NCBI GenBank assembly: GCA_001606155.1
Contig: LODT01000034.1
Location: 161,665 to 225,664, forward strand
DNA: 64,000 nucleotides
Direction of reading: 5' to 3'
Source: Tieghemostelium lacteum
Taxonomy: Eukaryota
Part shown: positions 58,608 to 64,000 of the stretch, in pieces
Layout of the letters: every line of letters begins with the position of its first letter
Position numbering within the stretch: position 1 is the stretch's first letter
Notes under the pieces: generated by a model
Database searches by the model: none
Told to the model about the DNA's origin: nothing
What the model saw: only the letters and a program-made list of their open reading frames with translations
Translations under genes and position numbers: made by a program

Positions 58608-60389
58608 ATGAAACTACCAAAACCAATACTTAAAATTATATTCCAAAATTTATTTGATAATATAAAAGATGATCAATTCCAAACTGCATCATTTTATCAG
58701 TACTTTTTAAATACAATTTCTTTGGTATCAAAAGAATGTCTAGATATCAGTAAAACACTAAGCTATAGTGGTTTTAAAATCAATAATAATGATATAAAAG
58801 AATATAAATACATTAATAATTTATTAAAAAGAGGATTAGTATTCCATAATGGTATTAGTAATTGGTCATTTGGAAATGTCTATCTTAAAAATTCTAAAAT
58901 TACGGTAGAGATTGTTGAGAATTGGAATAATAGTATTGTAGTGGATAATGATTCAAATGCTAAGGGTATATCTCTATCTGAAGTTACATTAACACCTGAT
59001 CAATTAAATATTTTAAATACAATGATTGATCTTGACAGATTGACAATTCATTGTTTTGCTGAAAAACAAAGTAAACAAAATATAGATGAATTTTATACAC
59101 AAAAGCAATTGGATACTATAAAATCATTTAATATAAAACTAAGAGATCATGATAAAATTGATAAACTAATGGTATTTTTGAAAAACTGTTCAATAGTTGA
59201 TTTACATGGTTTGGTAGTTAGATATCAAGTTGATGATTTAGAAGTTACTGGAAATTCTGTTACTTTTAGTAAACAGTTTGAGGCAGCCTATTCATCATTG
59301 AAAAGGTTACATCTAAAGAATATATATGGACTATTTGAATCAGAGTATATTGGGTTACTTAAATATAACCCACAATTGGAGGATTTTTCTATAGTGTCAT
59401 TGATGGTAACTCAAAATCAAGATCAATCACTTCCAATGACTACCCTTTTAATTGATGAATTGGTACAACATAAGACACTAAAATATATAAAGATTTCAGT
59501 TGAGGAAATCAAAGAGGATGAATACACCATTGAAAAGTTTTTAAATAGTAATTTTGTAGTTGAATCACTGGAATGTGTTACCTCTGGTAAAAATACTCTA
59601 AAAAGACTTGGAAATACTATAGAGATTAGAAATTCAAATATAAAGTATCTCAAAGTGCATCAAAGTTATTTTTCTAATTTAGATGCCAGAATATTTGGTA
59701 GATGGGTTGTTCCATCATCTATTCAATCACTGACAATGAATGTACTTTATTTTAAAGGTTACTTTGACCTTATTGAAGATATAAAGAAATTTCATAGAAA
59801 TATAACAGAGTTGTGTTTCTCGTCTATTGATATCAAGGTTTCATTGATCGCTTCTGCAATTGATGGGTTACCTCTACTAAAATGTATTAAACATTATTAC
59901 TCATCAAAATCTGATATTGATCTATCACCAGTTATATCATCAATCAATAGACACACTAGAATTCAACATGTGGAATTAGTAGCTCAAACTAAGGTATTGG
60001 TGCATAAAGTGTTTACTGAAATCAGTAATTCCAATACCACCAGTATTTATTTGAAATTTTATGATAAAAGATTTGAAATGTTTGATGAGATTATTCTATC
60101 CAATACAACATTTACCAATCTAGAATTTTTAATAGACTACAATCCTCGAGCTGAAGATGTTATAAAATCATTCTTTGAAATATTAGAAAAGAAAGTAAAT
60201 TTGAAGTCTTTGAAATTCACAGTTGGTGGTAAGTTTTCATCTAACCAAAAGAAACAATTTATAAACAATATAACAAATTATTATCAGAATCATAAAAACC
60301 CATTACCACCACACTCTATTTCTTTCAATTTCAAATCAGAGGATAACTATAATATCTTTGAAGTCTACAATAAACTATTTTTTAAATAA
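58608..60389 (+). CDS. F-box-like/LRR-like family protein, tandem copy 2 (593 aa)
   Basis: MKLPKPILKIIFQNLF..TISLVSKECLDISKTL. C-terminus ..NPLPPHSISFNFKSEDNYNIFEVYNKLFFK. About 45% identity to copy 1. Confidence 0.55.
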   Translation: MKLPKPILKIIFQNLFDNIKDDQFQTASFYQYFLNTISLVSKECLDISKTLSYSGFKINNNDIKEYKYINNLLKRGLVFHNGISNWSFGNVYLKNSKITVEIVENWNNSIVVDNDSNAKGISLSEVTLTPDQLNILNTMIDLDRLTIHCFAEKQSKQNIDEFYTQKQLDTIKSFNIKLRDHDKIDKLMVFLKNCSIVDLHGLVVRYQVDDLEVTGNSVTFSKQFEAAYSSLKRLHLKNIYGLFESEYIGLLKYNPQLEDFSIVSLMVTQNQDQSLPMTTLLIDELVQHKTLKYIKISVEEIKEDEYTIEKFLNSNFVVESLECVTSGKNTLKRLGNTIEIRNSNIKYLKVHQSYFSNLDARIFGRWVVPSSIQSLTMNVLYFKGYFDLIEDIKKFHRNITELCFSSIDIKVSLIASAIDGLPLLKCIKHYYSSKSDIDLSPVISSINRHTRIQHVELVAQTKVLVHKVFTEISNSNTTSIYLKFYDKRFEMFDEIILSNTTFTNLEFLIDYNPRAEDVIKSFFEILEKKVNLKSLKFTVGGKFSSNQKKQFINNITNYYQNHKNPLPPHSISFNFKSEDNYNIFEVYNKLFFK

Positions 60390-60425
60390 ATCATTTTTTC
60401 AATTTTGGTGGTGAAACAACATGTA

Positions 60426-62201
60426 ATGAAAATTCCAAAACTATTAATTAAAAAAATATTTCAGTATTTAGTTGAATTATTAGAATATAGTAATAGTAGT
60501 GTCTCATTTTACAAGTATATTTTGAATACTATTTCATTAGTCTCAAAAGAATGTCTACAAATTGGTCAGACATTAATATATAATACTATTAAATCAATTG
60601 ATGCCTCTCTCACAGATTTCCAATATATAAATCACATATTCCAAAAAGGTTATATATTTAGTGGTGGTTTACAATGTAGATCAGTATATTTTTCAACTTT
60701 TGCTAGAGATAATATGTTACTAGGAATAGATATAATTGAGCGTTGGAATAATAATAGTATATCAACTACGCAACCTCTAGTCATACCGAAAGACTATTCA
60801 AATAATAATAAGAATACAAGAAGATTAGTAAATACTCTAAAGAATTTAAGTAGAGTTGATATAGATATTGATAGAAAGTCTAATAAAAACCAATTAGACC
60901 TCATAGAGAAAGAGTTAAAGGAGATGAAGATGTTGAATATTCAACTTAGAGATCAAGATAAAATCGATAGACTAAGGATACAATTAAATCATGGAAAATA
61001 TGTAGATGTAAATTCTATCATTGTTCAATATAATGTGTCTGAATTAGAAATGGTAAATGGCCATCAATGGGATAGTAGGAGAATGGAAACAGTTTCTGTT
61101 AATAAGAGAATTATACAACTACAAAAAACCACACTGAAGATGTTAACACTTATCATTTCATCATTGACGGAACTAGAGTATATCCAAGTACTAGAATACA
61201 ATCCATTGTTAGAATTCATTTCATTGAGTATTTCTAAAGTTTCACCATCAAATGAAAAGGTGTATCCAACTACAATGTTCATTAAACAACTTATAGAACA
61301 TAAATCAATCAAATCTGTGAATATAAATGTTCTAACAATGGAAGAAGAGTTTGGATCCATTATAAACTATTTGAATAACAATCCAATTGTTGAAAATGTG
61401 TTTACATGTGTGGTGAATAGTTATGAATCTACAACTGAAATGAATATTACCAATATTTCTTTGGTTTCATTGTATTTGTATTCTAGGGGTATTGTGGATG
61501 GTGTGGAAGCTGTGATGTATAGTAGTTGGTCTGTATGTTCTAGATTACAGTCATTATCACTCCCAGAATCATTGACTGAAGAGTACATTGATCTCATTGA
61601 ATCCATAAAGAAATACCATAGAAATCTAACTGAATTGAGATTTCATATATTTGATACCGATGTCATTCCATTGATATGCTCAGTCATTGAAAGTCTACCA
61701 ATACTTCATTCTCTTATATTTCTAAAATCAGATTTACCAACATTTACTCTAAATCCAATGGAATCACTAATCAATTACCATCCATCTATTAAACACATAG
61801 AATTCAACAAACAATCAACACCCCTATTCTTCCAGTTGATTCAGTTCAATAACCCCATTCTAGAAAGTATTCATTTAAAAATTGAAAAATACCAAGATAT
61901 CACTAAATTACATGAATTTGTTGATAACACTACTATCAAACACATAGAAATCACATCAAGTTTAAACTCATTCATTAACATTTTGTTTCTAATATTGGAA
62001 AACAAATCCAATTTAGTATCAATGGTGTACACATACACCGAAAAAATGAAATCATATGAATTGGAGGATTACAAATCAAGATTATCAAACTATTATAAAA
62101 CTCACTCTAATCCTATCCCACCATACAATATCACATTTTATTTCAGTTGTGATCGATTAGATACCTTTGAAATTTATAATAAAGTATTTTTTCATTCTTG
62201 A
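60426..62201 (+). CDS. F-box-like/LRR-like family protein, tandem copy 3 (591 aa)
   Basis: MKIPKLLIKKIFQYLV..TISLVSKECLQIGQTL. C-terminus ..NPIPPYNITFYFSCDRLDTFEIYNKVFFHS. ATG 60426, where the track start 60405 is TTG. Confidence 0.55.
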   Translation: MKIPKLLIKKIFQYLVELLEYSNSSVSFYKYILNTISLVSKECLQIGQTLIYNTIKSIDASLTDFQYINHIFQKGYIFSGGLQCRSVYFSTFARDNMLLGIDIIERWNNNSISTTQPLVIPKDYSNNNKNTRRLVNTLKNLSRVDIDIDRKSNKNQLDLIEKELKEMKMLNIQLRDQDKIDRLRIQLNHGKYVDVNSIIVQYNVSELEMVNGHQWDSRRMETVSVNKRIIQLQKTTLKMLTLIISSLTELEYIQVLEYNPLLEFISLSISKVSPSNEKVYPTTMFIKQLIEHKSIKSVNINVLTMEEEFGSIINYLNNNPIVENVFTCVVNSYESTTEMNITNISLVSLYLYSRGIVDGVEAVMYSSWSVCSRLQSLSLPESLTEEYIDLIESIKKYHRNLTELRFHIFDTDVIPLICSVIESLPILHSLIFLKSDLPTFTLNPMESLINYHPSIKHIEFNKQSTPLFFQLIQFNNPILESIHLKIEKYQDITKLHEFVDNTTIKHIEITSSLNSFINILFLILENKSNLVSMVYTYTEKMKSYELEDYKSRLSNYYKTHSNPIPPYNITFYFSCDRLDTFEIYNKVFFHS

Positions 62202-62525
62202 TGCCATATATAAGTTACTATTTTTTGAAATTTTACCAGCTTTCAAACATGTCATGGCATCCTCACCAAGATAGAGAGCCATCTCACCCATGTCCCAGAG
62301 CAGATCAATTAGGTTGTTTTCAAATATAATAACGGTACATTTCCTCTTTTCTCTGGATTGATTGAATCTGCTCCGGTGTATATCTCTTTGATATAGGCTC
62401 CCTACCTTCTCATCCCACCCATTACCACTACCTGCAGCATTAAAATATCCAATTTTGATATTTATCAAATTTACAATAAAACAATTCAGACAACTAAACA
62501 CTAATTTTATGTTGGATATCTTCAT
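62157..62525 (-). CDS. Hypothetical 122-aa ORF. Weak support: its 3' end overlaps the stop of the convergent gene by 45 nt
   Basis: ATG 62525. No recognisable domain. Confidence 0.25.
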   Translation of the reverse strand: MKISNIKLVFSCLNCFIVNLINIKIGYFNAAGSGNGWDEKVGSLYQRDIHRSRFNQSREKRKCTVIIFENNLIDLLWDMGEMALYLGEDAMTCLKAGKISKNSNLYMASRMKKYFIINFKGI

Positions 62526-62656
62526 AGCTTACAATTAAATATTTATGTGAATCAATATTAAAGTTTTCCTATCTTATATTATATATATATATTCATAATT
62601 TCTAAATAAATAGTGCACATCCATAATTTTATATGTAATTCCTTTCAGATGCAATA

Positions 62657-63694
62657 TTATTTATAAAGTTTGTTAACTCTATCGAAATTAAATTTAAATA
62701 TACTGTGTAGAATTATAGATTTTAAATTAATATTCAGCGCTGTGTGGTTAACAGAGATTATCAATAGTTTACCATTTTTACTCTGAGAATCTACATAAAT
62801 AGATTCCTCAATTTTAACTGCATCCTCTATTACTTTATCTTTTGGGAACTTATCAATACATTTTTCTATAATATAATATAACATCCTATAAATCAAAAGT
62901 ATACTGTTAGTATTACCTGATATTTTACACATTTGATAGTATACACACGTTTGTCGAACTGATTTCGGTACCCTAGTTCTAGAATCAGCAGGTATTGTAG
63001 GTATATGAGATTGATCAATACCTAATAATTTCCATTTATTAGCATCGTAGTAGTTGTCTCTTGAGACTATATCTGTTATTTCTTTACTAGGTGTTTTAGA
63101 GAGTATATTTTTAAGTGCTGGATTCCAAATTGATGTTTTCAGTTTCTGTGGTTGAACAATGGGAGGTACAGGAATAGGTGTTGGTAATTTAACACTGGCT
63201 GATTCTTTCTCCTTTTGTTCCTTTTCTTTTTGTTCTCTCTCTTTTTGTTCCTTTTCCTTTTGTTCTCTCTCTTTTTGTTCCCGTTCCATTTGTTCTTTTT
63301 GTTTATCCTGCAAAATCTTTTTCTTTGGTGGTAATACGATAGGTTTACTCTTTGCTACATTTTTAGATTTTGGAACTTTACTATTAATGTCTTGTGATTG
63401 TTTAGTTTTCATTGCTGAAGGTTTAGGTAACACAGGTATAGATTTGGTGGGTGAGGATAAAGGTGATTGTGGTGAAGGTGAAGGTGGTGCCATTGCTATA
63501 TTTTGATATGAAAAATCAAAGTTATTATTATTATTATTAGGTATAATGTTGACATTACTTTTGTTGTTGTTATTATTAAGGTTAACTGTATTTAATCTAT
63601 TGACATTCGACTGCATAAACATTAAATTAATTTCTAAATCATAGTTTGTATCTGCAGGTGGAAGATTATGATTGAAATAACATATTGGCCCCAT
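62657..63694 (-). CDS. Hypothetical 345-aa protein with an N-rich N-terminus, a P/S-rich linker, a (KEQKE/REQKE)n repeat and a globular C-terminal domain
   Basis: ATG 63694. Long clean ORF. Confidence 0.5.
   Translation of the reverse strand: MGPICYFNHNLPPADTNYDLEINLMFMQSNVNRLNTVNLNNNNNKSNVNIIPNNNNNNFDFSYQNIAMAPPSPSPQSPLSSPTKSIPVLPKPSAMKTKQSQDINSKVPKSKNVAKSKPIVLPPKKKILQDKQKEQMEREQKEREQKEKEQKEREQKEKEQKEKESASVKLPTPIPVPPIVQPQKLKTSIWNPALKNILSKTPSKEITDIVSRDNYYDANKWKLLGIDQSHIPTIPADSRTRVPKSVRQTCVYYQMCKISGNTNSILLIYRMLYYIIEKCIDKFPKDKVIEDAVKIEESIYVDSQSKNGKLLIISVNHTALNINLKSIILHSIFKFNFDRVNKLYK
63196..63300. repeat. 15/30-bp tandem coding repeat (TTCCTTTTCTTTTTGTTCTCTCTCTTTTTG)n encoding KEQKEREQKE units on the minus strand
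   Basis: Visible periodicity. It spawns an antisense artefact ORF at 63159..63506. Confidence 0.8.
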
Positions 63695-64000
63695 CGGGCA
63701 ATTGTCTAGATAGGGACATGAAATATGTTTAAAAAGTTGATGTTTTAAACATTCTCTATATATATATAATAGTAGTAGCTGAATGCTATTTGTTTATTTT
63801 TATCTTTTTTTATTTTTTTATGTAGCTGTAATTGTGTAAATAATGAATGTATAAAAAATGAATGCTTTTTTTTTTCATCTTCACACCCAACATCTAACCT
63901 ATCAATATTTACACAAAACATACAAAATCAATGGATCAATCACTTTAAGATAGTTTGTTGGTTTTATCATAAAGTAAATCCACAACTTTACTCAAAGCAG

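Noticed and set aside
1-64000. tRNA/rRNA genes, CRISPR arrays, retrotransposon or DNA-transposon ends
   Set aside because: I scanned for GTTCGAATC-type T-arm motifs, long direct repeats with spacers, LTR/TIR pairs and RT/integrase-like ORFs and found none. The only dispersed repeats are the LRR-family relics.

Overview
This is an extremely AT-rich (~25% GC) eukaryotic nuclear segment. It has the hallmarks of a dictyostelid social-amoeba genome: short, very AT-rich introns with GTAAGT/GTATGT donors and (T)nAG acceptors, poly-Q/N coding tracts, and compact intergenic regions. I found no rRNA, tRNA, CRISPR arrays or obvious transposons. About 35 protein-coding genes or gene relics are present, and I worked out intron/exon structures by hand. 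Recognisable housekeeping genes include PEMT, a histidine phosphatase, a LUD-domain protein, AIF, seipin, a Furry homolog of 2659 aa in 4 exons, a kinesin, Pex11 and a METTL2/6-type methyltransferase. The accessory content is more interesting. There are two P-loop STAND-like NTPase genes with C-terminal TPR repeats, plus a decayed third copy. An expanded F-box/LRR-like family is present, with an in-tandem triplet at 56.7-62.2 kb, other members, and pseudogene relics. Two 1355-aa IPT/TIG + EGF-like + TM surface-protein paralogs have identical 6-exon structures and a mosaic of near-identical and divergent tracts, suggesting gene conversion. There is also a truncated major-vault-protein paralog, an orphan ABCG transporter C-terminal fragment, and a Pmp-repeat beta-helix surface protein carrying a long Ser-rich coding minisatellite. 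Several ORF-track 'starts' are TTG/GTG artefacts, and I corrected true ATG starts where I could.
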